Shown here piece by piece: positions 10,947 through 24,908 of a stretch of 64,000 bases of DNA (its first letter is position 1; each line of letters opens with the position of its first letter). The position numbers were made by a program, and so were the translations under genes. The stretch is from the NCBI RefSeq assembly GCF_006345805.1, contig NC_042997.1, forward strand, positions 189,038,001 to 189,102,000, in the 5' to 3' direction. The DNA comes from Octopus sinensis. Lineage: Eukaryota. The notes under the pieces were generated by a model, which searched no databases, was not told the origin of the DNA, and saw nothing but the letters and a program-made list of their open reading frames with translations.

Positions 10947-12745
10947 GTGAGGTTACTGCAATGTTTTTATCTTTATGAGCATAAATAGAGCAACACCATA
11001 CAAACAAGATAGCTTTGGATATTGGTAATAAATCATAATACTACTTTAATATGTATTACTTGTTTCATTTCTTGGAAAGCTGCCTGTTGCTCTATATTTC
11101 ATATATCTCTTTTTCATAAAAATAAAAAAATATTTATTGTCTTTAAAACTTCCATGATCTTGAATAATTAATTCATTTTGTATTCCATTGTTCACATTAG
11201 CCTTGTTAGGTATTGCCTTGGCCAGTTAATTATTTGAAGTAAGCTCACAGTTTTGCTTAGTATGTATGAGACCAGGGAATTCATTAACCCCCTAATAGAT
11301 TCATTATACCAACTGAAAATTGTTTTTCAAATGCTCTAAATAACAGCGCAGCTACTGCAATGATGTAGCAAAGAGCAAACAATCTGAAATCTTTGTAACT
11401 GATGTGGCATTACAGAAATGTGTACACCCTCCATTGTCTGATAGTATTTTCACTCATTCTCTGCCTAGTCCATTTTGACAGAATATTCTTTGTAATTAGC
11501 ACGAATGTTACCATAGCAATTCTAATATTTTAAAATGATGTAGCTCCTAAAATATGTTTAATAAAGTTCTTAGATAAGAACACTCCCTGTCTGTTGGAGA
11601 AAAGAAATACATTTGTATAAATGAGTGTGTGTTGTATTTTCTGTTAATCTGCATTTTCTTGCTTTTATCCGATGTGTAATTTTCTGAGACAATCAGGAGA
11701 GCAGATTATATACTTTGAAAACTGCAGAGAAATTGAAGATAACTCTCATCCATAATTAGAGTTATTTCTCTCAATAATCTGTCCAGTTTGCTTGTCTTTT
11801 TTGAAACAAGCATCCAAACTTTCTAAATTGACCACTACTTGTTCATAGGCAGATATGAACCGTGTAATTTAAACCAAAATAATTCCAACTGTTTTTGATG
11901 TTGAAACATACTGGTCATTGATATAATTTTATCAATTTCATCTGTTTTTTTTAAAAATCTTTTCCTTGTTATGTGTCAGTTTTTCTTGACCTTTATGAAT
12001 ATATTTACTTACATATTTTATTGTTATAACAGTTCCAAATACTTCCACGTCAGTGAATTATAAATGAGAAGATTATTGTTGTATTAAGGAAAATCAATTA
12101 TTCATGTTTTTAAGACATTGAAGTATGTAATTTGAGGCATACTTATTTCTAATTAATATGATTTAATTTAAAACTTGGAAGATTTTCTATTCTTAATCAG
12201 ACTTTTACCTATTCAACCTGGCAACTGTAGGTGGGTTGTACCTTGACTTTATCACAGTTTGCTTACATTCCACCTTTTCTTTACTATGTTTTCACTTTCT
12301 CTTTCAGTATATCTTTTGACTAAATTGTTTTCTGGCATATGCTTTCAACTAATGTGAAACTATGCTTTCAACATTTTACAAAATCTTTTCATTGAATGTT
12401 CATCAACTCATAGGGGATTTAATAAAATAAATAGATGTGTTATGAGTTTTATAAATGTCCAGTGGCTTAGAAACAGAATTATTTTGTTACGTAAATATGT
12501 AGTGGTGGATAGCAGAATCGGAGCATCAGTCAAAATGTCTTCAATGTTCTGAGTTTACATTTGGCTAATGCCAGTTGTGCCCTTCACTTTCAACAGATTG
12601 ATAAAATTAAGTCCTGGCCTTTATTGAATAAAACTAAAACCGAAATAAGTAGTCTTGTGTCTCTGTAGAGAAATCATTAGAAAAGAAAAAAATTTTCGCC
12701 TTTTGTTGTATATTTTTCAAGATAGTTTCTTTTCAATTATTACAG

Positions 12746-12766
12746 CTGTTCCACCAGAAGAAAATG
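12746..12766 (+). CDS. SEC16: Candidate 21-nt SEC16 microexon ((A)VPPEEN)
   Basis: ttcttttcaattattacag / CTGTTCCACCAGAAGAAAATG / gtaggt; symmetric phase 1-1, in frame with exon 16010. Confidence 0.55.
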
Positions 12767-13141
12767 GTAGGTTCAAGAAGAATTGTCAACAACACCTTCT
12801 TTCTTTTTTCTCACACTAGCTATTGCTTATCTCCTCCCTTATTTTTTCCTTTTCCTCTTGTGTTGTATAGTTTCTAAACTGCACAAGCACTAACTTCTGT
12901 CAATTCACCAAGCCTCACTTATCCTTTTTCTAGATTAATAGATGCACCTCAACTCTGCCGAAAAACAAAGCTCTTGTCAAATGACCAAAATAACAAATCA
13001 GCTATTCTTTAGGATTTTGAGCACTTTTCTAACACAGTAATCAATGTTGTAATCCAATAGCTTTCACTGTCTTTATGAATTTTGAAATATAAAAGTAAAA
13101 TCTAGATGTGTATCTATGTACACACACGTGTGTGTTGTGTA

Positions 13142-13172
<31 letters not shown>

Positions 13173-15448
13173 ATGATATTGTCATTAGCACTAGTTAAAT
13201 TTTGTCATTTTCAGCATTGTCATTTAAGCACTTTGAAATATTACAAATTGTTTTCATAAATTGTAAGAATTTCTACATTGCTAAAAATATTAATAATAAA
13301 GAAAAATTATACTGTTGATTCCAGTCAGTTTGTTTAGGCCAAAATAAAATAAACCTCAATATTTCTCATCTTTTCTTCCACCCTTAATGCTTCAGTTTTT
13401 TTCTCTTATATCAAGATTATGTTAGTGCTAACTTAATCTTTTATGATGATGCTTCATTATTACTCACTACTAAACACTAATATCCCTAAATATTGGTTTC
13501 CCCGCTGGTAGACCTCAATTCTTTGTTCCTAAACAATAACCATATTTTTAATTACTTTCATTTATAATTAACTTTTGTCTGGAATATTTCAGTAAATATT
13601 CGTATAATTTGTTGATGTAATCGTTTGTTAAATGTTAAATCTGCAGTTCATATTGTGTATAGAGGAATCCATTCTCTGTATTTTTATGTGGAGGATGGAT
13701 CCATTTGTAATAATGTGAATCATATGCCAGGGTTTAGAGCAGTGGGTGACAAAGTGCTACTAGTAAGGTCTGAAGAGCATTGTCTGTTACAATTGTGGTG
13801 TAAGTGAAGTAAAAAATAATACAGTATGAAGGATGTAGAACAAGAGATTGAAGAGTTTCAGTGATGGAATGTTTATTCATAGAGTGCATGTCTCTCTCAT
13901 TAAACTTTGGTAATTTAAGATATGAGAAATGAACATAGTTATACTGGGAAGTGAGTTAGTAAAATGAAGGTAGAAAACAATATGATAGATCTGAAAGATT
14001 TTATAGACGAACAGTCATTTTGTAAGTTCTGTGTAATTAATTTTCCCTTTTGTCTGTAAATTCAATATTTGGGTTTCTTCTATTGCTGATATCTAGATGC
14101 TTTTATGCATGCAGACTATGTTATTGTATAAAATATTGGCTTCTTACTTAGGTACAGCAGAATATGGAGAATAACATTATGATGATTGTTTTTTTCCAAG
14201 GGGGTTAGGTGATATAATGATGTGAATTGACTACAGTTACTATTTAGGTTACTAAACTGGGTCACAAACTTGGTGGCTTTCCAAGAGCTTACCTCAACGT
14301 TACTGTATTTTGAACAAGCATAATAATTATTAATGTGGGAAAAATGTTTTAGTATTTTATCTTGTGTTATAAATGTAGAACATATATATATATATATATA
14401 TATTAATTTTTGTACTTTTTGTTATCTAGTTATATGTTTTAAAATATATTTTATATTTTATTTATGATTTGGTTTATGTCTATCATTGTTTGAATTGCAT
14501 AATAGTGGTTTTTCCTCTAATTTATATTATATATATATATATAAAACAGATAATTGTTCAAAATACATTTTCAATTACAAGGTTCAGCAACATTTTCTAC
14601 CAAATTCCAGTAGCTTGAGCATTTTGAGAAATTGAATTGTTGCTTTTCATAGTTTAACAATTTGGTAAAGCTAATTTTATCACATAGAAGGTTACTAATT
14701 ATAGTATAGATATATGGTTGCCAACTGGCAGAATCTTTATTGAATAGAATTCTTTGTGATGTTTGTTCTGGCTTTCTGCATTCTGAATTCAGATTGTACT
14801 GAGGTCAACTTCGCCCTTCATGGTTTTTGGAGTGAGGGTCAGGTGGATAACTAAAGTACTACTGTAAGAGCAGAGAAGGGCAGAATTGTTTGGGAATTAG
14901 ACAAGGTGCCTTGCTGTATGTTTTTGGCTTTATTGTGATGTTGGTTTCAGTAGTTTATCTCTCTCCATTGCAAAACACTAGCTGACAGATGAGAGAGAGG
15001 GTCCAGAGATGACTAAAGATTTAAATGAATGAATGACTATATATTTTAGTGTAATTATGTTGAAAAGTTAATCACCTTTTGCAAATACTTAATGGAAACA
15101 GTTTCTTTTAAGAAATATTCCATTTAAGTAATAGGCTTTCTTCAATGGGTATCTATGTCTTAGTACATTCTGTGGTTTAATATACTGTTAGCATGGTAAA
15201 AAAGTGGAACAGTTTATTATAGGAAATGTTTGAGCCATCTGCCAGATGAGTCGAATCTTAAAGTACTGCATTGTGTTGTTGATCCTGATTCTGTTTATTT
15301 CAATGTATGCATAACCCAGGAAGAAAAAGATTAGGTTTTTCTTTGACTTGTAATTAGAAACTAGGTGTTATGTATTTTATAATATGAAAAGAAATGACAT
15401 TGTTTTCTTTTAATCATATTTTATCCTTGAAGAAAAGAAATCAAATCA

Positions 15449-15832
15449 GGCACGGGCATGGCTGTGTGGTAAGAAGCTTGCTTCCCAACTACATGGTCCC
15501 AGGTTCAGTTCCACTGCGTGGCACCTTGGTCAAGTGTCTTCTATAGCCTTGGACCAGTCAAAGCCTTGGGAGTGGATTTGGTAGACAGAAATTGAAAGAA
15601 GCCTATCATTTATATATATATGTATGTGTCTTTGTGTATGTTTGCCCCCCACCACTGCTTGACAACTGGTGTTGGTGTGTTTACATCCCCATAACTTAGT
15701 GGCTTGGTAAAAGAGACTGAGAGATTAAGTACCAGGCTTTAAAAAAAACGAAAATAAGGTCTGGAGTTAATTCATTTGACAAAAATTCCACAAGGCAGTG
15801 CCCCAGCATGATTGCAGTGTAAAAGATAAAAA
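15449..15832 (+). mobile_element. SINE family A copy (older)
   Basis: Match to 30-462; shorter fragments also at ~5890-6020, 9245-9375 and 35578-35730. Confidence 0.8.
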
Positions 15833-16009
15833 GTATCAGTGATACTGGATGGAAAGTAACATGATTTTAAAAGCTAATAGTTGGAAAGAATTTAATTTGA
15901 AAGAAAATGGTAAATGATGTATCGTTAGGTTAAGATATATGCTACTACCTTGCCGGTATTGATTTTATTGTTTGTATAATGCCATGAATTTCTTAAAATT
16001 TCTTTGTAG

Positions 16010-16102
16010 ATGATACTGATTCCCGCTCTGAGCGTCCTTCCTCTCGACTTGATTATAGCCGTTATGACAGAGAGTATTATAGTAGACACAAGGATCCATA
16101 TG
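16010..16102 (+). CDS. SEC16: SEC16 exon ([31 protein letters not shown])
   Basis: tttgtag acceptor, gtaagt donor, 93 nt, phase 1-1; ERPSSR motif. Confidence 0.85.
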
Positions 16103-19100
16103 GTAAGTCTTATTTAATTGGAAACAGTCCTAATTAAGTGATGCAATAATTAAATCATGTACTTCATTGCCTGGTAATTATTAGATTTCTGAATCAGTAT
16201 AATTTCAATTGTATATCAGTTTGAAGTGTATATGTACACGTGTGTGTGTGTGTGCATGCTTGGAGTAGGGTGGAGGAAATATAATTGGAGTGTAAGTTAG
16301 TGGATGTTGTGCTATAAGTATCATCATCATTGTTTAACGTCAGCTTTCCATGCTAGCATGGGTTGGATGGTTCGACTGGGGTCTGGGAAGCCAGGAGGCT
16401 GCACCAGGCCCAGTCTGATCTGGCAGTGTTTCTACAGCTGTATGTCCTTCCTAACGCCAACCACTCCGTGAGTATAGTGGGTGCTTTTTACTTGCCACCG
16501 GCACAGGTGCCAGGTGAGGCTGTCAATGGCCATGATCGGATTGGTGCTTTTCACGTGCCACCAGCACGGAGGCCAGTCAGGGCGGCGCTGGCAACAGCCA
16601 CGTTCGGATGGTTCTTTTACATGCCACTGGCACTGGTATCACAACTACAATTTCCATTGATTTTTGAGCGATTTCGATTTCACTTGCCTCATCAACATGT
16701 TTGGTAGTTAGTGATTGGATACAATATGCTGAAGTTAGTTTCTTTTTCAATCAATTAAATGTACTATAGTTAGTCAATTAACTGAATTCTCCAAAGTTTC
16801 ACGCTGCCTTACATATGGGTATGATTTTAAATTGTAGAGAAAAACATTTTCTTTTATTCAATTCGTATTTTTACTAAATATCTTTCAAAATTGTTTCTGT
16901 AAAGAAATAAAAAGGAAAAAAAAAAAATTGTTGAAGCTGTTTTTATTCTATCAAGTAAAATGTGCTTCTACAAAATATTACTGAATTTTGCTTCAGCATT
17001 TGTAGTATGGAAGACTCTATCAGTTGGAAGTTATTTTTTTGAAAATTAGGTGCTTTATTTTGCAGATAGTAAAATTAGCATTTTAAGAGTTATTGAATCA
17101 ATGTAGATCTGGCTTTTGAGACATTGTTAATGTTTTGTAAGGCAGCTGAGTGGTAGGAATCGTAGATTAATGGACTAAATATTGATTATTAATTATCAGG
17201 TCATTAAGAATGTCCGATTTTCTTATGTACCAATTTTGACAATTTTTTGTTTTACAACATTGAAGAGTTACATGCTCACTTTTTGAAATGCAATTCATGG
17301 TGTCTGATTATATTGTGAGTTTTCTCTTGTAAATCAATTTTTGTAAGCCCTTGGATAGATCAAAAATTTGTATTGTTTATGAATATGAGTTTTGTTGTGG
17401 AACCGATGCATCCCAGACAGCTCAAAACACCAATGAGGTGTTTGGTGAAGATGTGGTAAATGAACGCATTGTATGTCGATGGTTTGAGAAGTTCCAGTCT
17501 GGTGACTTTACTCTTGAAAATCAAACCCTGTTGTTCACCTGAGACCAAGATAGATAATGATGAGCTGGAATCTGTAGTGGAAGTGGATACATCTCAAACT
17601 ATGCATAAGTTAGCAAGGTTTGATGTTTCGATTTCAACTGCATTGGTCCATCTGAAACAAACGAGCAAGGTAAAGAAACTGGACAAGTGGGTGCCACATG
17701 AACTGAACTAGCATCAAATGACACATCATCCCGAAACTGCTGTTCTTTGCTGTCATGGCATAAAAGCAAACCATTTTTACATTGTATTGTTATGTGTGAT
17801 GAAAAATGGATTCTTTTCAACAATAGCAAGCGTTCTGTACAGTTGTTGGATAGAGACAAAGTACCAAAACACAATCCAAAAAAGAATGTTCATCAAAAAA
17901 AGCTAGTGGCATCTATTTGGTGGTCCAGCACTGGTGTCATCCACTGCAGCTTCATGAGACCTGGTAAGTCAATTACAGCGGATGTATGCATCAACCAGTT
18001 GGATGAAATGATGAGTGAACTTACAATTAAACAACTGAGATTGGTCAATAGAGACAGGCTTGTTCTCTTGTAAGACAATGCTCAACAACATGTTGCACAA
18101 AGAATGCTACTTAAGTTACAGGAATTAAACTTGGAAGTACTCTTGTCATCCACCATATTCACTAGACCTTGCACCAACTGGCTATTATCATGTTTTCCTG
18201 GCATTAGACAACTTTTTGCAAGGAAAAAACTTCAAATCTAAAGAAAATGCAAAAACAGCCTCTTGTGATTTCATCACCTCTTGCTCTCCAGAATTCTTTG
18301 CTGCCAGCATAAATATGCTAATGATAAAATGGCAAAATTGTGTTGACAATTTAGGTGCATATTTTGATTAACTGCATTGCTTTTTGTTGAGATAAAGTAA
18401 AATAAACCTCCAGTTTAGGATCAGACAGTTCATTCTTAATGACCTGATAGTTTTTCTCCTTTATATTCTGAGTTCAAATCTTGCCAGAGTTGATTCTATT
18501 TTTTATGTCTTTCATTCCTCTAAGATTTGCAAAATAACTAGAAGGTACATACTAAAGTTATTTCAGTGGAATATGTCCTACCTCTATAAATCTACTAATG
18601 TGTAGAGTCTATACTAAATTAGTTGAGTATGGTAATGGGATTTTGGTAGCCTTATAACATTATTGAGATCAAATTAGATATTCTTTACCATCTACTAACT
18701 CTGTGGATTTATATAATAGTTATTAAGAAGTGGAGAAAGGCAGTGTATTTCATATTTTTGCATTAAAATTCAGCTGGGTTGATGTTACTTTTTATCATTA
18801 CAATTGAAAAGAAAACTTCAATATTCTGGGTTTTATTAAATTAATTATACTCTGCTCTTACAAAGTTGTTAATAAAATTATCTTTATGGTGGTGATTTAT
18901 GTTAGGTTTATTTGAGGAAGATAAAGTATGTGTAAATTTAGGACAAGAAAATTTGACTATTATACTAGTATTAATAGTATATTATACTAATATAATAGTA
19001 TACTGTTTTGACTATTATACTAAAATTTGTTATGGGATATGCTCAAAGATTTTAGTTATTACTGCACTTGTAAATTAATTAATTTTACCAGGAACACATG

Positions 19101-22100
19101 ATACTTGAACATGAAAAAGTAGCTTTATATACACTTTCACAGTGGCTGTAAAATGTAGGGTTAACCAGAAATAACAGCATTTACTTGACTCCTCGTTTAA
19201 TGTCCATAGTGAAGTTATATAATAAATACACAAATGTTTATCAGTGTGTCTTATATTGAGAAAGTTCAATCTATTTTATTAATTTACAAAGATAGTGATG
19301 ACTAAACTCTGGGTATATCCCTATGTAAGCTTTTGTATGAAAACTAAAACACTGCAGTAGTTTATGTTTTGGCTATTGGATAAGTACTATTGTGAAAGTT
19401 GAATTTTATATTTCTGGACAAGATTATTCTGTATAGAATAATATTCTGGGATCATCATCATCATCGTTTAAACATCTGTTTTCCATGCTAGCATGGGTTG
19501 GATGGTTCGACCGGGGTCTGGGAAGCCAGGAGGCTGCACCAGACTCCAGTCTGATCTGGCAGTGTTTCTACAGCTGGATGCCCTTCCTAACGCCAACCAC
19601 TCCGTGAGTGTAGTGGATGCTTTTTACGTGCCAGGGGAGGCTTGTGATGGCCACGATCAGTTGGTGGTTTTTACGTGCCACCTACATGGAAGCCAGTCAA
19701 GGTGGCGCTGGCATCGGCCACGTTCGGATGGTGCTTTTTACGTGCCAGGGTAGGCTGGCCACGAATGGTTGGTGCTTTTTACATGCCACCGGCACGGAAG
19801 CCAGTCAAGGCAGCGCTGGCATTGGCCATGTACGGATGGTGGTTTTTAGGTGCCACTGGCACAGGTGCCAGGGTAGGCTGGCAACGGCCACGAACGGTTG
19901 GTGCTTTACAATTCAAAATAACAGTAATAGTATATTTTTACTAATGAAATTGTAGTTTCATTGTTTCATTTGTTTTAATGAGGAGATTAATGATGTAATA
20001 GTATTTATTACCCCTTTAGAATCTCTTAATATGTAGGTATGATCAAGTCTTGAGAATCGAAGAGGTTAGTATTGTTAGTGTTCATTTTAAACTGAAGGAT
20101 GGAAAATATGACTAAAATGACAATTCTAGAGGAATGTAAATCTAGAAAAGATTATTTAAGTGCAATTTATTTGATATACGGTTTTGAACTTCTGTGGCAT
20201 GTTTTTCCCAATTAGTGCTTTATTACTTTCTTGAATTTTTTAAAAAAGAATGTTAAGTGTTTGAAAAAATAGAATTGGATTATTTTGTTTATAAATTAGA
20301 GGTGAGCTGAAGAGGTCATTATCATCATCGTTTAACGTCCACTTTCCATGCTAGCATAGGTTGGACGATTTTGACTGAGGGCTGGTGAACCAGATGGCTG
20401 CACCAGACTCCAATCTTGATTTGGCAGAGTTTCTACAGCTGGATGCCCTTCCTAACGCCAACCACTCCGAGAGTATAGTGGGTGCTTTTTACGTGCCACC
20501 GGCACGGGGGCCAGTCAGGCAGTACTGGCAACGACCTCGCTCGAATCCTTAACTTTTCAAATTTATCAAGGACAACTGAGCTAAAATTATTATAATTTTA
20601 GTTCATTAAATCCTGAACCTTGCAGCTATAGCCCTACTATTAAACTAATATGGAATCTATTGAAATTTTTGGTCATTGAATTAATAGTAGGGGTATTATT
20701 GCGAATCATTTGTCTCATTTGATTGTGTAATTAGATAAAAATCGGTAAGTATATAAATTTCCTTGTAACATTCCAAAGGATTTACTTGATGGATTTTCTG
20801 AATAATTGCAGGCCGCAGGTATCATAGGAAAGGTATGTAAGTCCATAGATTCTCAACCAGAATCTTTTTTGCATTGGCACATAGAGCAGTAGAGCATTCC
20901 TGCCTGTCTCTATCACTTTCAAAGTTTTTGGAAGATCTTCTCAATTCAAATCTCCATCTTCTGCAAATAATTGATCTTTGATATTTTCTCCCCTTTAAGT
21001 TCTCAATATCCAGTAAGATATCTGCTTATTCTTGTATTCAAATCTTTCTCAGCTGTATGTTTGTCAATACATCTATCTTTGTTTGCAAATGCATTTCTTT
21101 TTTCCTGGTTGTGGTTTCTATCTGTAATACATTTATCAGATAGTTTCTTTCTTTAAGGATGCATGAATACATATTTTGTTATGAGTATCAAATAATGAGA
21201 ATGTTCCATTTTTGCAAAACCATTCAACTTGTGCTAGAATAGCAAACTGGGTATAAATTGTTAACATATACAATCAAGTGATTTTCATTGTATTTATAAA
21301 ATTTTTATGAAACTTGAAATAGTCAACACTTATTTTTCTGTTAAGTATTTGTTGGAATTCAGTTACTTAGAGTAAATATTTTGGTTATAATGATAAAGAT
21401 GATTGACAGTAGAGCACCAAGCTAAATGCTTTGCCATATTTAGTTTCCTTTTTGCAGTTTCTGAGTACAGTCTTATGTACACCCTCCTCCCAGTTTTAAC
21501 CTAAAAATTAGGGCTGTGCGTTATGCACAAGTACTAAATGTTACTCATTTTTCCTGGCCTCTAGTGCATGGTCATATTAAGGATAGCATGCCCAAAAGTG
21601 AGTTATGTCTATTGCCTAAGCTAACTGATGTGTAATGAAGAGTTTATAAATGCTGAAACTGTGTTTCACAAATATACAATACTGTCATTTACAATAGTTA
21701 CCATGCATGGTTGCCCTTATTGGAAATTGTATTGATCAATATCTGAATAAATAAAGCAGAATTTTACTCATAATTATTGATACCAAATAATCAGAAATCA
21801 AAATATACAGTGGTGGCAATGGAACTCTTTTCTGTTTTTATCTAGACATAATTTTATGTTATAAATAAAATACTATCTAAGAATAGTGTCAATATAATTT
21901 ATTTCCCATAAAATTACATATGGAACACTTGATGGAGTATATTTTAAATATACTTTTTTGCTTTATTTAGATTTCCAGTTAAGAAGAAAATTTTTAAAAT
22001 CCTTTTAGCATTCAGATTGCTCTGTCAAATGTAATGCTTATTTATTTACACCATTTTGGATTAATCTTGCATTATATCATAGCTTCAAGATTTCCATGAT

Positions 22101-24863
22101 GCGATTTGTAGAATTTAAGTGTAGGGTAGGTGTAAGAGGTTGGATCTGGTCAGTTTGAACATAAAACAATATTTGGGCCAGATATGGCCTTTCAAATGCT
22201 AAAGGGTTAACTCGATAAAAAGAAAATCAATTTTTAATTACCTGACACTGAATGTCTGATGTTCAAAAGCCTAAAGCTCTATATGAAGTTTTTTTCTTTT
22301 TATACAGGCTTCTTGAAAACATAAGTGTTTTTTTTTTAAACTCATGTTTAAATAAATCTTTGTTCTTCATTGACAACATGATCATGTGTGCATCACTGTG
22401 CAAACTGAACAGCAAAATTATGAACTTAAGTACACTGCTGTTATCATTATAAATTGATTTTGCAGGGAAAAAACGAAATGATCATCTAATTTTCACAATA
22501 TTGACTTTACAGCAAATGCACTTCTATGGCCTGTACTAGTAAAGTTGAAAGATCACTTTTGGTTTTGCTTTTTGTTTTAATTAGGATACTTGAACTTTTT
22601 CAGGATATTTTATGTAGCGATTATAATATAACTAACTAAACATTCTTTTCAAAACACCATAATACAAGGTTTCAATCTTGATCTGGCAGAGTTTCTACAG
22701 CTGGATGCCCTTCCTGATGCCAACCACTCCGAGAGTTATTTATTCATATTAGATAAATATGGTAGGTCAGAGCTGATTCCGTTCTGTCATGATAACGTGA
22801 CAACAAAATCATTGGATGTAGATTTCCAATGGACAGTCTCCACTGGTTCCTTGCATTTTTGATGGTGAGAGTGTCAAACAGGTGTCTATGCAACTTGGAA
22901 AGAAGTGCTACAAGACATTTTGTGCGAGTGCTCCGTTGTTGCTGATACACATTGTTGAAGAATGCGTATGCAAGTATATATACACACACATGCAAGGAAC
23001 TTCTGCACAATTTTTGTCAACCAGATTTCATTTAAAAACATTGGTGGCTTCAAGGCTATGATAGAGGATTCTTGCTCAAGGTGCCATGCTATGGGATCAA
23101 ATCAGAGGGACTGCATAGCCTACATGGAAAATTCATAATGATTATAATGATAATAATAGATGACTGAGGGCTGAAATATGTAACATTCTAATTTGTTCAT
23201 TAGTTGTTTGGGGCTAAGAAGGGATTTAGAGTTTTCAATTCTCTGTATCTTTCAATTTATTCCAAGATATTTCACCATTCATTGCCTTTAATGTCTTCAT
23301 ACCGAAATGTGATGCCATACTGTTTTAATATACAAAGTCACAATTATTCTTATTTTTATCAACATATTCTTTTGAATTAACGAATATTTCTGTAATTATT
23401 ACCTATTCTGAAAATATTCTCATTGGCCATAGATTAGGGTTATTCAAGTATTTTAAATTTTAACCTTAGTTTTACTTGTTGAAACTTTAAGTTCTAAATG
23501 TATCGATTCTTTAGAACAAGTAACTTTTCTTTTGCTAGATTATGACCCAAGTTATTATAATAGAAATGCAGCCTACTATAACTACTATCGAGGCCGTTAT
23601 GGACCAGGATACTATGAAGATGCAGAATCCTACTATAACCGCTACTATCAAGAAAAAGCAAGGTGAGTGGAGTTTTTTTTTATTAATATCTTTAACAATA
23701 TTTTCTAAGTAATCTCATAAGGTAATGTGCACAAAATATATTTTCTCTGAGATTTTTGATAATTTAAAATAATTTTTATAATTCTTTTGTATGTCTGTTT
23801 TACAAAAAGCTTAAATGTACTTTATAATATATAAATATGTTATGTTTGTATTTGTGTTGCTTGTATTTTTATTTTATTTAAATTAATATTGGTTAAATTA
23901 TAGTGGGTGAACCTCTGCCTAAAAATCTGAATCATATTTAAGGCATTTTGATATACAAAGGGAAATCTGAATGGAATGTAGTTGACTAAACACTTTTTTG
24001 TCAATTTAGCATGTGATACTAACAAGGTACTTTTGACATTATCTTTGAAATTTTGTTACTTATAAACATTGATAAGCTTATTTCATACAGAGTAACTTAA
24101 TCTTTAATTATTCAAGGTTAAAACTTTTTGGTGTATTGGTAGTTGTTTATCAAAATTATTTAATAATAGTTAATTTAAAGTTAAAACAAATGTCAAGATA
24201 CGGTGTAATGAAACATCTGTTGCTAAAATTATCTTTTTTCTTTATCTTATGCAAAATTTACAAATTGCATTTGTGGGAATGTAGGCAATTCATATATCTA
24301 TTAACCCTTTGTCTGTCCAAAGCATTTTCATAAGTTTGTCCTAGACATTCATGCTTGTTTTCAGACTTCTGGTTAGTTCTTGTTTCATATGTTCTGAGTA
24401 TTATAAAGCTTTCCTTTCAAAGTCCCAAGTTACCCTAGTGGTTGTGAAAAATTGGGAAAGGCATCCATGCATCATATATGATGCATGGACACCAAAGAAA
24501 TATATAATGTACAGGACAGCTAAAGGACAGGTTAGGGTATTCAGATCAGAACCTTAAGGTTATCAGTTCAATTCCCAGTGGTTCATTGTGTCCTTGAGCA
24601 AGCCGCTTTATTTTCATGTTGCTCAGTTAGCGAAAATGAATAGTCACACTCTTTGTCATGCTGAATTATACTCTGTGTCTTGCTGAGTCTCGTAGTCACA
24701 CTCTGTGTCTTGCTGAGTCTCGTAGTCACATTCTGTGTCATGCTGAATCTCCTTGAGAACTACATTGAGTACACATGTTTGTGGAGTACTCAGCCACTTG
24801 CACATTAATTTCATGAGCAGGCTGTTCTGTTGATCGGATCAACTGGAACCCTTGTTGTAACCA

Positions 24864-24908
<45 letters not shown>

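Noticed and set aside
11355-11445. Possible box C/D snoRNA (ATGATGT..CTGA..TGATGT..CTGA)
   Set aside because: Imperfect C boxes, poor terminal stem, and no rRNA-complementary guide that I could identify.
12033-12052. Possible microexon after ttgttataacag
   Set aside because: Available donors give 16 or 20 nt, which are not frame-preserving.
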